Part shown: piece after piece, positions 1 to 9,626 of the stretch | How positions within the stretch are numbered: the stretch's first letter is position 1 | How the letters are laid out: each line of letters starts with the position of its first letter | Assembly (NCBI GenBank): GCA_025935925.1 | Contig: JAICUI010000010.1 | Span: 6,307 to 70,306, forward strand | DNA from: Chloroflexota bacterium | GTDB taxonomy: Bacteria; Chloroflexota; Limnocylindria; Limnocylindrales; CSP1-4 | Length of the DNA stretch: 64,000 nucleotides | Direction: 5' to 3' | Program-made: the position numbers and the translations under genes | Notes under the pieces: generated by a model | Databases searched by the model: none | What the model saw: the letters and a program-made list of their open reading frames with translations, nothing else | Told to the model about the DNA's origin: nothing

Positions 1-113
1 CCGAAGACGGGGAGTCTTTCAGCCCCGCGCGGCCGACTCGATCACGCTCCTCACGGTTTCCGCCGAGGCAGATCGCGGACACCGTCGCCGACCACAGGAG
101 TGGATCGCACCCC

Positions 114-512
114 ATGAACGTCGACAAGACGCTCACCTGCGCCGATTGCGGCCAGGAGTTCACCTTCACTGCCTCTGAGCAGGATTTCTATGCCGAGCGC
201 GGGTTCACCGAGCCCCGCCGGTGCCCGTCGTGCCGCGCGGCCCGCAAGGCCCAGCGTGGTGACAGCGGCGGTTCGTACGGCGGCAGCTCGTACGGTGGCG
301 GCAGCTCGTACGGCGCCGGCAGCTCCTCCTACGGGTCCGGCTCGTCGTTCGGCTCCCGCAGCAGTGGCGGCGGCTACGGCGGCTCGCGCGGCCCGCGCGA
401 GATGTTCCCGGCCACCTGCTCGTCGTGTGGCAAGGAGACCGAGGTCCCCTTCCGCCCGACGTCCGGGAAGCCCGTCTACTGCAGCGACTGCTTCGCCCAG
501 CGGCGAGCCTGA
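114..512 (+). CDS. Zinc-ribbon protein with C-terminal CxxC-x17-CxxC domain and Gly/Ser/Tyr-rich linker (putative nucleic-acid binding)
   Basis: N-terminal DKTLTCADCGQEFTFTASEQDFY..GFTEPRRCPSCR; GGSSYGG-type low-complexity linker; C-terminal CSSCGKETEVPFRPTSGKPVYCSDCF; AGGAG upstream. Confidence 0.9.
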   Translation: MNVDKTLTCADCGQEFTFTASEQDFYAERGFTEPRRCPSCRAARKAQRGDSGGSYGGSSYGGGSSYGAGSSSYGSGSSFGSRSSGGGYGGSRGPREMFPATCSSCGKETEVPFRPTSGKPVYCSDCFAQRRA

Positions 513-514
513 GC

Positions 515-724
515 ATGGCCGACGTCCGGCGCCCCGGCTCGGGCCTGCCTTCGCGGCGGCCCGCCCCCGAGCCCGATGCCCGCAAGCACGTCATCGCCGA
601 GTACCGGCATGCGATGCAGCAGGTCACCTGCGTCTGCGGGTGGGTCGGGAGCTCGGAGTCGCCGGACGGCCGGACCTCGGACTGGAGCCGTCACGTGACC
701 GCGTCGCGGAGCGGCCAGGGCTGA
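515..724 (+). CDS. Small hypothetical protein (69 aa) with His/CxC motif
   Basis: ATG 2 nt after the upstream stop; HVIAEY..TCVCGWVG..WSRH reads like a folded domain rather than a shadow frame. Confidence 0.6.
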   Translation: MADVRRPGSGLPSRRPAPEPDARKHVIAEYRHAMQQVTCVCGWVGSSESPDGRTSDWSRHVTASRSGQG

Positions 725-794
725 CCGCCCACCGCTCCTGACGCGACCATCGAGGCCGCCGGCACCGCCGGCGGCCGTTCGATTCCGGGGAGCC

Positions 795-2306
795 TCAGCT
801 CCCCTTGGAGAGCAGCTCGACGGCGCGCTTGAGCTGCGCGTCGCCCGACTTCGCGAGCTGCGCGGCGGTCATGTCGCGGAGCGTGTCGGGGACGACGAGG
901 TCGGCGTTGTCCGGGACCGCGATCTTCACGTCCGGCTCCAGGCCCTCGTGCCAGATCGGCCGGCCGTTGCGGGTCAGCCAGCGCTCGACGCCGATCCGCA
1001 GCGAGGACCCATCCGCGAGGTCGAAGCGCCCGAGGACCGTCCCGGTCCCGAACGTCTTCTCGCCCACCACCTGGCCGCGCTTCGCGTCCTGGATCGCGCC
1101 CGTGACGATCTCGGCCGAGCTCGCGGTGTTGCCGTCCGCGAGCACGACCAGTGGCGTCTGCGTCGCAAGGCCACCCGGCTGGACCTGCGCGTCCTTGGAC
1201 GCACCGTCCCGCTCGAACGCCTGGTAGACGATCCCGTCGCCCACGAACTGGCTGGCCACGCCGACCGCCTCGCTGACGAAGCCGCCCGGGTTGGAGCGGA
1301 GATCGAGGATGATCGACGTCGCGCCGGCCGCCTTCGCGTCCTGGATGTCCTTCTTGATCGAATCGGTCGCGCCGCTCGCGAACTGCTCGAGCCGGATCAT
1401 CGCGATCTTCGTGCCCGGCACCATCGCCCAGCTGCTGAGCGGCAGGTCGTACTGGCGCCGCGTGATCGTCACGTCGAAGTCGGCCTTGCCGTCCCGGCCG
1501 ATCGTCAGCGTCACGTCCTTGCCCTCGGGACCGCGGACGCGCGACACCGTCTCGTCGAGCGACTCGCCCTTGGTCGACGTGCCGTCGACGGCGACGATCC
1601 GGTCGCCCCGCTGCAGGCCCGCCTTCTCGGCCGGCGTGTTGGGGAAGACGTTGTTGATCGTGACGCCGTTGCCCGTGTCCTGCTCGCCGACCTGGACGCC
1701 GATGCCCACGAACTGGCCGCTCAGCGACTGGTCGACCGCCTTCGCCTCGTCGGCGGTCATGAACTCCGTGTGGCCCTCGTCGCCGACGGCCTCGGTCATC
1801 GCGCGGATCGCCGCGTAGGCGAGCTTCTGGTTGTCGAGATCCTTGGCGTCGACGTAGTTGTCCTGGATCGCGGTCCAGGCCTGGTCGATCAGCGCGAGCT
1901 CCGTTGCGGCGTTCGCCGAGGGCGCCGAGCTGGCAACGGGCGACGCCGACGGGGCGCCGAGCACGCCCGTGCGCTCGACGAACACGCCGCCCGCGAACAT
2001 CGCCACGGCGAGCACGGGGGCGAGCACCAGCACGAGCGCGGCCGGCACGCGCGCGCCGCCGTGGCCGCCGCGCCGGGCGGCGACGGGGGCGACGGGCACG
2101 GGATCGAGGGGCGCGCCGCCCTCGACGGGCGCGGGATCGACGGGGGCGCCGCCCGCGACGGGCGCAGGCTCCGGGCGGAGCGCCGGCTGCGGTCCGGTCC
2201 CGAAGGGCGGCGGGCTGGCGGTGGGCGCGAAGGGCGGCGCGTCGGGCGAGGCGGCCGCCGGCGCGGCGTCGAGCCGCGCGGTGGGGTCGTGGGTCGGGTC
2301 GGTCAT
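795..2306 (-). CDS. S41 family carboxy-terminal processing protease (TM anchor, PDZ domain)
   Basis: FVGIG PDZ motif, ILDLRSNPGG, catalytic TASSAE, GEKTFGTG; start taken at MTDPTHDP. Confidence 0.92.
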   Translation of the reverse strand: MTDPTHDPTARLDAAPAAASPDAPPFAPTASPPPFGTGPQPALRPEPAPVAGGAPVDPAPVEGGAPLDPVPVAPVAARRGGHGGARVPAALVLVLAPVLAVAMFAGGVFVERTGVLGAPSASPVASSAPSANAATELALIDQAWTAIQDNYVDAKDLDNQKLAYAAIRAMTEAVGDEGHTEFMTADEAKAVDQSLSGQFVGIGVQVGEQDTGNGVTINNVFPNTPAEKAGLQRGDRIVAVDGTSTKGESLDETVSRVRGPEGKDVTLTIGRDGKADFDVTITRRQYDLPLSSWAMVPGTKIAMIRLEQFASGATDSIKKDIQDAKAAGATSIILDLRSNPGGFVSEAVGVASQFVGDGIVYQAFERDGASKDAQVQPGGLATQTPLVVLADGNTASSAEIVTGAIQDAKRGQVVGEKTFGTGTVLGRFDLADGSSLRIGVERWLTRNGRPIWHEGLEPDVKIAVPDNADLVVPDTLRDMTAAQLAKSGDAQLKRAVELLSKGS

Positions 2307-2591
2307 CGTCTCGGAGGCAGGGGAACACGGGCCGAGGCAGGGTCGGCAGCGCAAGCATGACGCCTCCGGCTTCAGGTCGGGTGGACGGCGGGTGAAGTTG
2401 CGTTACGGAACCCGACACGAACGCGCCCCCGGTCGTCGAGTCCGAGGACCCGTCCACCGGGGGCGCGAGGAGCGGCGCGTGGCGCTGGGGGCGCGGTGCC
2501 GCCGCTCCGACGACGGCGTTCCGCCGGCGGCGTTCCGCCGGGGGCTCCGACGCCGGTCCGGCCGTCCGGAAGCCGTGCCCGAACGGCGTCC

Positions 2592-4085
2592 CTAGGGCCG
2601 GATGTTGTGGTTGCCCCGGAAGACGTTCTCCGGGTCGACGCGCCGCTTGACGGCGGCGAGCCGCTCGAGCGTGGCCGCGGGGTACGCCTCGCGGAGCCGG
2701 GCGTCGCCCTCGTTGCCGAGGAAGTTCGAGTACACGCCGCGGGCCGCGCCGGCGAGCTCGGCGTGGTACGCGTCGGCCCACGCCTCGGTCTCGGCGACGT
2801 CGCCCGCGACGTGGGCGATGACGGCGGTCATCAGCGGCGCGTCCCGGTGGGCGAACGCCGTCGCATCGGCCGGCACGCGGCCCATCGCGCCGCCGAGGAC
2901 GCGGATCTGGGTGATCGAGGCGGTGCCCTGCGGGGTGGCGTGGCGGTCGACGATCGCGTCGAGCGCCGCGTCGGACAGCTCGTCCGCGAACGAGGAGCGC
3001 GTCACCGCCGCGCCGGGCATCGCGCCACCCGCCGTGAGCTGGTACATCGTCTCGTACGGCATCGGCTGGACCATGTCGACGATGGGCGTTGCGATCGACC
3101 GGAACGGCGCCATCGCCGCGGCACCGGCCGCCGGGTCGCCGACGACCACCGGCATCATCAGCACGGCCGGCGTGCCGACGAGCTCCGCCGGCACGAACGG
3201 CGCCGGCGGCAGGCTCATGACGAACGAGATCTGGGTGAGATCCTCGGGCGCCTCGAGCGACGCGTCGATCACGCCGCGGAGGACGTCCCGGGTCAACGGC
3301 AGGACGAGCGCGCCCGCCGTCACGATGTGGACGGGCTGGAGGCGGTAGCGGAACCGCGCCGCGATGCCGAAGTTGCCGCCGCCGCCGCGAAGCGCCCAGA
3401 ACAGCTCGGCGTCGGACGACTCGCTGATCGTCTCGATGTCGCCGTCGGCGGTCACGAGGTCGACCGCGAGGAGGTTGTCGATCGTCATCCCGTGCTTGCG
3501 CGCGAGCCAGCCGATGCCGCCGCCGAGCGTCAGCCCGCCGAGGCCGACGTGCCCCGTGTCGCCGAACGGCGTCGCGAGGCCGTGCGCCTGGGCCGCGGTC
3601 GTGTACTCGCCGGCCGACGTCCCGCCCTGGGCCGTGCCGGTCATGCGGAACGGGTCGATGTCGACGGCATGCATGTCGCCGAGGTCCACCAGGAGCCCCC
3701 CGTCCGACGTCGAATGGCCGGCGACGCTGTGGCCGCCACCGCGGACGGCGATGTCGAGATCCAGCGCACGCGCCGCGAGGACCGCCGCCGCGATCTCCTG
3801 GGCGTCGCGCGGCCGGACGATCGCCGCGGGGCGCCGGTCGTAGCCCAGGTTGTGGGCGAACCGGCCCGTCTCGTAGCCGCTGTCGCCGGGGAGCACGAGC
3901 CGCTCCCCGAAGCGCGCCCGCAGCGTCCGGACGTCGGAATGCGACAGGACCTCCGCGGCGCGGACGTCGCGGCGGGCGAGGGCGGCGCGACGCGCCGGAG
4001 CGACGGTGCGCGTCCCGGTCGACGGGCGCCGCGGGCTGCGGACGGGGGCGGCGGTCCGGGCGGGCGCGGGTCGGGTGGCGGGCAT
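2592..4085 (-). CDS. FAD-binding oxidoreductase (VAO/berberine-bridge-like)
   Basis: RGGGHS covalent-FAD motif, GGLTLGGGIG, LFWALRGGGGNFG, YSNF..RLAAVKRRVDPENVF; CAGGAG before ATG 4085. Confidence 0.92.
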   Translation of the reverse strand: MPATRPAPARTAAPVRSPRRPSTGTRTVAPARRAALARRDVRAAEVLSHSDVRTLRARFGERLVLPGDSGYETGRFAHNLGYDRRPAAIVRPRDAQEIAAAVLAARALDLDIAVRGGGHSVAGHSTSDGGLLVDLGDMHAVDIDPFRMTGTAQGGTSAGEYTTAAQAHGLATPFGDTGHVGLGGLTLGGGIGWLARKHGMTIDNLLAVDLVTADGDIETISESSDAELFWALRGGGGNFGIAARFRYRLQPVHIVTAGALVLPLTRDVLRGVIDASLEAPEDLTQISFVMSLPPAPFVPAELVGTPAVLMMPVVVGDPAAGAAAMAPFRSIATPIVDMVQPMPYETMYQLTAGGAMPGAAVTRSSFADELSDAALDAIVDRHATPQGTASITQIRVLGGAMGRVPADATAFAHRDAPLMTAVIAHVAGDVAETEAWADAYHAELAGAARGVYSNFLGNEGDARLREAYPAATLERLAAVKRRVDPENVFRGNHNIRP

Positions 4086-4258
4086 CGGGGACTCCTGTTG
4101 GCATCGCGGAGGAGGTGGTGCCCAGATGCTCGCGGCCGGCGCGTGGCCCGCCACCGGACGAGCGCCCGCGACCGTGCGCGACGATCGCCGCCAATGCTGG
4201 ATGGACGGATGACGATGACCCGGTGCGGCCGGTTTCGGTGGCCCTCGCGGGCGCGCGA

Positions 4259-4966
4259 TCAGCCCTGCTCGCGCATCAGCCTTCGGGCGGCGCGTGTCGC
4301 GCGGACGAAGTGCCGGAGATGCGCGAGCGGCCGGACGTGGCTCGGCTCGCCGGCGTAGATCGTCGAGATCGGCACCCACTCGAGCGTCCAGCCCCGTCGC
4401 AGGCAGACGGCGATCATCTCGACCTCGAGCTCGAACCCTGCCTCGTGGCTGTCCAGCATCGCGGTCATCAGCCGGCGGCCGAGGAGCCGGTAGCCCGACT
4501 GGTTGTCCGGGATCGCCTGCCCGACGGCCCACGAGAAGGCCGCGGTTCCAAGGCGGTTGGCGAGCCGCCGCGTCGCGGGCATCCGCGTGAAGTCGCGACG
4601 GCCGATGACGAGCTCCGGGCGCGGACCCGATGCGCCGGCCGTCGCGAACGCGGCGGTGAAGCGCGGGATCTCGGCCGGATCGTGCTGGCCGTCCGCGTCG
4701 AGCGTGACGACCGCGTCCCACCCCTCGTCCAGCGCGGCGCGGAACCCCGCGCGCAGCGCGGCGCCCTTGCCCTGGTTCGGGACCTGGCGCAGCACCCGCG
4801 CCCCGGCCGCCTCGGCCTGGGCGGCGGTGTCGTCGGTCGAGCCGTCGTCGATGACCAGGACGCCGAGGTGCCGCGCCGCGCCCGTGACGACGGCGCCGAT
4901 CCGCGGGCCCTCGTCGTAGCCTGGGACGAGTGCCAGGATCCGCGGACGGGAGGCCGCCTCCGTCAC
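4259..4966 (-). CDS. Glycosyltransferase family 2 (DPM1-like)
   Basis: VPGYDE, IDDGSTD, NQGKGAA, LDADGQH, DNQSGYR; GTG overlaps the mmuM stop (GTGA). Confidence 0.9.
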   Translation of the reverse strand: MTEAASRPRILALVPGYDEGPRIGAVVTGAARHLGVLVIDDGSTDDTAAQAEAAGARVLRQVPNQGKGAALRAGFRAALDEGWDAVVTLDADGQHDPAEIPRFTAAFATAGASGPRPELVIGRRDFTRMPATRRLANRLGTAAFSWAVGQAIPDNQSGYRLLGRRLMTAMLDSHEAGFELEVEMIAVCLRRGWTLEWVPISTIYAGEPSHVRPLAHLRHFVRATRAARRLMREQG

Positions 4967-5910
4967 GCCACCGCGCCCCCGACGGCCGAGGCGATCGAGG
5001 CGACCTCGGCGGGACCCACCCGGCAGCACCCGCCCACGAGCGTCGCCCCGGCCGCGACCCAGCTCGCGGCGGCGCCGCCGTCGACGCGATCGGCCGCGGA
5101 GCCCGTCCAGCGCCGGCCGACGGCGTCCCAGCCCTCGCCGCTGTTGGGGTAGGCGAGCACCGGCAGCCGGGTCGCCGCGCGGATCCGCCCGACGAGCTCC
5201 GGCACGTGGTGCGGCGCGGTGCAGTTGACGCCGACCGCGACGAGCGCGCGCGACCCGGCCGCAGATTCGACCACCCTGACCGCGTCCTCGACCCGCGCAC
5301 CGCCGCGAAGGCGCTCGCCGTCCGCGCAGGTGAAGCTCAGCCACGCGGTGGCGCCCGGCATCCCCGCGACCAGCGACGCGAGCGCCTCCGCCTCGTCGAT
5401 GTCCGGGATGGTCTCGAGTGCGAGCACGTCGGCGCCTGTCGCCGCGAGGGTCTTGATCCGTTCGCGGTGGAACGCCTCGAGCTCCGTCCGCGTCAGGCCG
5501 TAGCGGCCGCGGTACTCCGACCCGTCGGCGAGGAACGCGCCGTACGGCCCGACCGACGCCGCGACGAACAGCGGGCCCGGGACGCCGTCGGCGAGCGCCC
5601 GCCGGCGGGCCTGATCGGCCAGCTGTACGGATCGCCGGAGCAGCGCGGCCGCCTCGTCGTGCGCGATGCCGCGCTCGGCGAATCCCTGGAACGTGGCCTG
5701 GTAGCTCGCGGTCGTCGCGACGCGCGCCCCCGCCCGGTAGAACGCGAGGTGTGCCGCCTCGATCCGGTCCGGCGCATCCGCGAGGAGGCGCGCGGACCAC
5801 AGCCCGTCGCCCAGGTCCTCGCCCAGCGCCTCGAGCTGCGTGGCGAGGCCGCCGTCGAGGACGATCGGCTTCCCGGAGCTCAGCGCTTCGACGAACGGGG
5901 CCGGGTCCAT
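4963..5910 (-). CDS. mmuM: Homocysteine S-methyltransferase
   Basis: LDGGLATQLE, TASYQA, GPYGAFLADGSEYRGRY, GVNC, YPNSGE, GGCC zinc ligands. Confidence 0.93.
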   Translation of the reverse strand: MDPAPFVEALSSGKPIVLDGGLATQLEALGEDLGDGLWSARLLADAPDRIEAAHLAFYRAGARVATTASYQATFQGFAERGIAHDEAAALLRRSVQLADQARRRALADGVPGPLFVAASVGPYGAFLADGSEYRGRYGLTRTELEAFHRERIKTLAATGADVLALETIPDIDEAEALASLVAGMPGATAWLSFTCADGERLRGGARVEDAVRVVESAAGSRALVAVGVNCTAPHHVPELVGRIRAATRLPVLAYPNSGEGWDAVGRRWTGSAADRVDGGAAASWVAAGATLVGGCCRVGPAEVASIASAVGGAVA

Positions 5911-5971
5911 CGCCCGATGGTGCCACGCCGGAGGACCGGCGGCCGGCCGGGCTGCGGCCCCGGTCAGCGCG

Positions 5972-6199
5972 TCAGGTGCGGCGGACCTGCAGCGGCCAGG
6001 CCAGCGCGAACCGCCGGCGGGCGCGTGGCACGGGCAGCGAGACGACGCGCCGGACGCCCACGGCGAGCCCGATCAGCGACGGGTCGGCGCTCGCGGTCCA
6101 GCCGGGGCCGTGGTCCTCGGGGCAGACGGGGCTCTGGCAGGCACACGTGGTCAGCGGCGGCACCGCCTCGGGCACGTGATCGGTGCGCACGAACGCCAT
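5972..6199 (-). CDS. Small hypothetical protein, Cys-rich (CACQSPVC)
   Basis: Fills the gap between same-strand genes; no recognised family; start at MAFVRTD. Confidence 0.35.
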   Translation of the reverse strand: MAFVRTDHVPEAVPPLTTCACQSPVCPEDHGPGWTASADPSLIGLAVGVRRVVSLPVPRARRRFALAWPLQVRRT

Positions 6200-6319
6200 C
6201 AGGACCCCCCCGGCTGCGACAGGACCCGAAGCGTCGCCCGGGCCCATTGCACCGGGCAGGAGATCGCCGCGACGGACGTTGCAACGGCATATCAGCGGTC
6301 CGGGAGCCCCGACCCGGCG

Positions 6320-7249
6320 TCACGCGCCGACGCCGACCGCCAGCTCCACGGTAAGCCCGTCCGGGATCGACCCGGAGATGGCCCCGAGCTGGTGCGCGCC
6401 CACGTCCTCGCCGAACACCATGTCCGACGCCAGGCTGACCTCGCTCAGCGTGCCGACGCTCGCCTCGTACCCGGCGGTCGCGTACACCGCCTGACACGTG
6501 TCGGCCGGCAGCGCGATCTGCGACGTCGCGATCCGGTTCGCCTGGGCGGTCGCCTTGTCGAGGCTGGGATAGACCTCGAAGTGGACGTGCGGCCAGCGAC
6601 CCTGGTAGCACGCCGGAAAGACGCTCTGGAACTCGACGATGCCGTCGTGGCCCGCGGCCTGGACGCCACGCAGGTAGTTCTCGCCCTCGGCGCCCTGCGA
6701 ATACATCGAGTACCGCCCGGCCTGGTCGCAGTGCCACACGTACACCGCCGCGCCGGCGTACGGCTGGCAGGCGTGGGCGAGGTCGAGGATCGCGAACCGG
6801 ATCGTCAGCGGGACGCCGGCGGCGATGGTGGTGCTCGTGCCGAAGCTCGACCGGATGTCCCTGCGCACCACGCCGGACTGGCCGAGGACGTCCGGCCCGT
6901 TCGACCCGTCGCCGGGGTACGGGCCGGCCGTCTCCTCCGGGATCTCGACGGGGCAGTCGGCCGCCGCACTGGAGCCCGAGCCGGCGGCCGCGGCAGGCAT
7001 GACGGAGGCGGCCGGGCTCGACGATCCGGCGCCGCATGCGGCCAGCCCGGCGCCGAGCAGGCCGAGCCCCATCGCCTGGAGGACGCGCCGCCGCCCGAGC
7101 AGCGTCTGCACGTCGAACGCGAGGCCCTGGTCCCAGGCGGGCTCCGACGGGTCGGGCAGGAGGCGGCCCTCGAAGGTCGCGGGCAGGACGCCCGAGCCGC
7201 CCGTGAGCGGCTCGGCGGCGGCGGTCGTCGGGGCGGTCGATCGGGTCAC
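6320..7249 (-). CDS. Intradiol ring-cleavage dioxygenase-like protein with Tat/lipoprotein signal
   Basis: RRRVLQ..LAAC signal; ETAGPY, VWHCD, YLRG, CYQGRWPHVHF; GGAG before GTG 7249. Confidence 0.88.
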   Translation of the reverse strand: MTRSTAPTTAAAEPLTGGSGVLPATFEGRLLPDPSEPAWDQGLAFDVQTLLGRRRVLQAMGLGLLGAGLAACGAGSSSPAASVMPAAAAGSGSSAAADCPVEIPEETAGPYPGDGSNGPDVLGQSGVVRRDIRSSFGTSTTIAAGVPLTIRFAILDLAHACQPYAGAAVYVWHCDQAGRYSMYSQGAEGENYLRGVQAAGHDGIVEFQSVFPACYQGRWPHVHFEVYPSLDKATAQANRIATSQIALPADTCQAVYATAGYEASVGTLSEVSLASDMVFGEDVGAHQLGAISGSIPDGLTVELAVGVGA

Positions 7250-7593
7250 GTGATTGGCTCCGTGCGGGGTCGTGGCAACAGGATGGGCGGACTCCGTGGC
7301 AATCCCCTGAGAGCGGGCGCGGAGCGTTCTCGTGGCGAACGACCGGGACACGATTGGCCACAGGTGCCGCGACCGGTCGCCGGGGAGAACCAAGCGCCGC
7401 CGTTGTGCGCCTGAACGGCCCAATCCTCGCCCGATGGTCGCCGTAGCGAACCAGGGGCAGGCCGTCCGAGCGGCGCCCGACGACGAGCGGCAGCGGGCGC
7501 AGCAGCCCGCGCCGGGACGATGCACCCGCGCCGAAACGACGAAGCCCGGGCGTGGCGCCCGGGCTCCTGCCGACGATGTGTGCGCGGAACCGC

Positions 7594-8667
7594 CTATGGG
7601 ATGCGGTTGAACCAGAACGCCGCCAGGCCCGCGCCGGCGAGCACGAGGACGAGCGCCCCGGCGGCGAACCACTGGGTCACCTCGCGCTCCTCGTTCGTGA
7701 ACCCGACCTTGGAGCCGATGCCCTGGTAGATCGCCTGGAGGTCGCTTGACGTCGGCGCCTCGAAGAAGCGCGCGCCGGTTCGCTCGGCGATGTCGGCAAG
7801 GGTCGTCGGGTCCGGCGGCACCGGGATGGTCTGCGCCTGCCCGAACTGATCCGTGACCTCGACCTGGCCGTCGGCCGTCCCCAGCGCGATCGTGTACACC
7901 GGGACGCCCGCCTGGGCGGCCTCGTCGGCGGCGTCGAGCGGGTCGAGCTGGCCCGTCGAGCTCTTGCCGTCGCTGAGGACGACCATCGCGGTCAGCGGCG
8001 TGCCCTTGTCGTCGGTGCCGGCCGACGGCGCGGGTGCGCCGGACGGTCCGGGCTCGGCGGACGGGTCGGCCGATGCCGATGGCGCCGGCGACCCGGTGTT
8101 GCCGACGGCCGGGTCGGCCGGTGTTCCCGTCCCCACACCCGCCGCCTGGAGCGACAGGTCGATGGCGTCACCGAGCGCCGTGCCGCCGTCGGCGCGGAGG
8201 CCGTCGATCGCCTCGTGGACCTGCGTCCGGTCGGCGGTCGGCGAGAGCACCACGCGCGCCTCGGTCGAGAACGCGACCAGGCCCACCTTGAACCCCGCCG
8301 GGAGGCTGTCGACGAACTCGGTCGCGGCCTGCTTGGCGGCGGCCAGCCGGTTCGGATCGACGTCCGTCGCGATCATCGAGCGCGACGTGTCCATCGTCAG
8401 GATCACGGTCGCCTCCTCGCGCGGCACGGGGACGACCATGGACGGCCTCGCGAGCGCGATCGCGAGCGCCGCGACCGCTGCGAGGTACAGCGCGACCGGC
8501 ACGTGGCGGCGCCACGCGGGACGGCGCGGGACGAGGTTCTCGAGCAGGCTCACGTTGGTGAACCGCACGACGTAGCGCTCCCGCCGGCGCTGGACCAGGA
8601 CGTAGCCCACGACCGCGATGGGGATCAGGAGGAGCGCGAGCAGGAGGATCGGATCGGCGAAGGTCAT
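7594..8667 (-). CDS. VWA domain membrane protein (BatA-like)
   Basis: MTFADP N-terminal TM, MIDAS DTSRSM, GGTALGDA, LSDG, C-terminal TM. Confidence 0.9.
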   Translation of the reverse strand: MTFADPILLLALLLIPIAVVGYVLVQRRRERYVVRFTNVSLLENLVPRRPAWRRHVPVALYLAAVAALAIALARPSMVVPVPREEATVILTMDTSRSMIATDVDPNRLAAAKQAATEFVDSLPAGFKVGLVAFSTEARVVLSPTADRTQVHEAIDGLRADGGTALGDAIDLSLQAAGVGTGTPADPAVGNTGSPAPSASADPSAEPGPSGAPAPSAGTDDKGTPLTAMVVLSDGKSSTGQLDPLDAADEAAQAGVPVYTIALGTADGQVEVTDQFGQAQTIPVPPDPTTLADIAERTGARFFEAPTSSDLQAIYQGIGSKVGFTNEEREVTQWFAAGALVLVLAGAGLAAFWFNRIP

Positions 8668-9626
8668 GCGTGGAACCTCCCGGCACGCAGCTGGGTCGCG
8701 AGGGACCGCAGCCAGTCGCCGGACGTGGACAGGACGAGATGGCGCGCACCGAGGCGCCGGAGCTCGGTGGCGAGGGACGCGCGGTCCGCGGCGGCCGCCT
8801 CGGCGAACCGGTGACGGAGTCGCCGCGATGACGTGTCGACGCGGACCTCGCGGCCGGTCTCGGCATCGACGAGCGTCAGCTCGCCGACGTCGGGCAGCTC
8901 ATCCTCCCGCGGGTCGCGGATCTCGACCGCGAGCAGCTGGTGACGCGCCGCCACAGGCGCCAGGAGCGGCAGCCAGTCCCGTGGCCCGCGGAAGTCGGAG
9001 ACCAGCGTCACGAGGCCGCCGCGGGCGTCCCCGCCCGAGAGGAACCGGAGCGCGGCCGCCGGCGAGGCCGGCTCCGTGCGCGTCGCGGGCCGTGCGTCCG
9101 TCACCCACGCGGCCTGCGCCGCGGAGAGCACCGCGAGCAGCCCGGACCGCCCGCCGCGCGGCGCGAGGCGGCGCGGACCGTCGTCGCCGAAGGTCAGGAC
9201 GCCGAGCCGGTTGCCGCGCTGCGTCGACAAGTGCCCGAACGCCAGCGCGACGCCCTCGGCGACGTCCGCCTTGCGGCGATCCGCCGTGCCGAAGCTCATC
9301 GACGCGGACGCATCCAGCACCAGCCACGTCGTCAGCGATCGCTCCGGCACGTTCACCCGGACGTGCGGCACGAGCATCCGCGCCGTGACGTTCCAGTCGA
9401 TCCGCCGGACGTCGTCGCCCGGCTCGTACGGCCGGACCTGCGCGAGCTCCGTGCCGCCGCCCAGGTCGTGCGCCCGGAACTCCCCGGGGACGAGGCCCCG
9501 GATCCGCCGGCCGATCGTGACGTCGAGGGCGCGCAGGAGCGCCTCGGGCGTCGGACCCGGCCCCGGCCTGGCCGGCGTGCGGACGATGGAACCGGGCCGC
9601 GCGGCCGGTGTGACGACGGCGGTCAC
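8664..9626 (-). CDS. DUF58 domain protein
   Basis: RPYEPGDDVRRIDWNVTAR, LDASASM, VSDF, DPRE; GTG overlaps the MoxR stop. Confidence 0.9.
   Translation of the reverse strand: MTAVVTPAARPGSIVRTPARPGPGPTPEALLRALDVTIGRRIRGLVPGEFRAHDLGGGTELAQVRPYEPGDDVRRIDWNVTARMLVPHVRVNVPERSLTTWLVLDASASMSFGTADRRKADVAEGVALAFGHLSTQRGNRLGVLTFGDDGPRRLAPRGGRSGLLAVLSAAQAAWVTDARPATRTEPASPAAALRFLSGGDARGGLVTLVSDFRGPRDWLPLLAPVAARHQLLAVEIRDPREDELPDVGELTLVDAETGREVRVDTSSRRLRHRFAEAAAADRASLATELRRLGARHLVLSTSGDWLRSLATQLRAGRFHA

Noticed and set aside
2500-2560. Short direct repeat GGCGTTCCGCCGG x2 in the intergenic gap
   Set aside because: Two copies of a 13-mer in very GC-rich DNA with no further structure; insufficient support.
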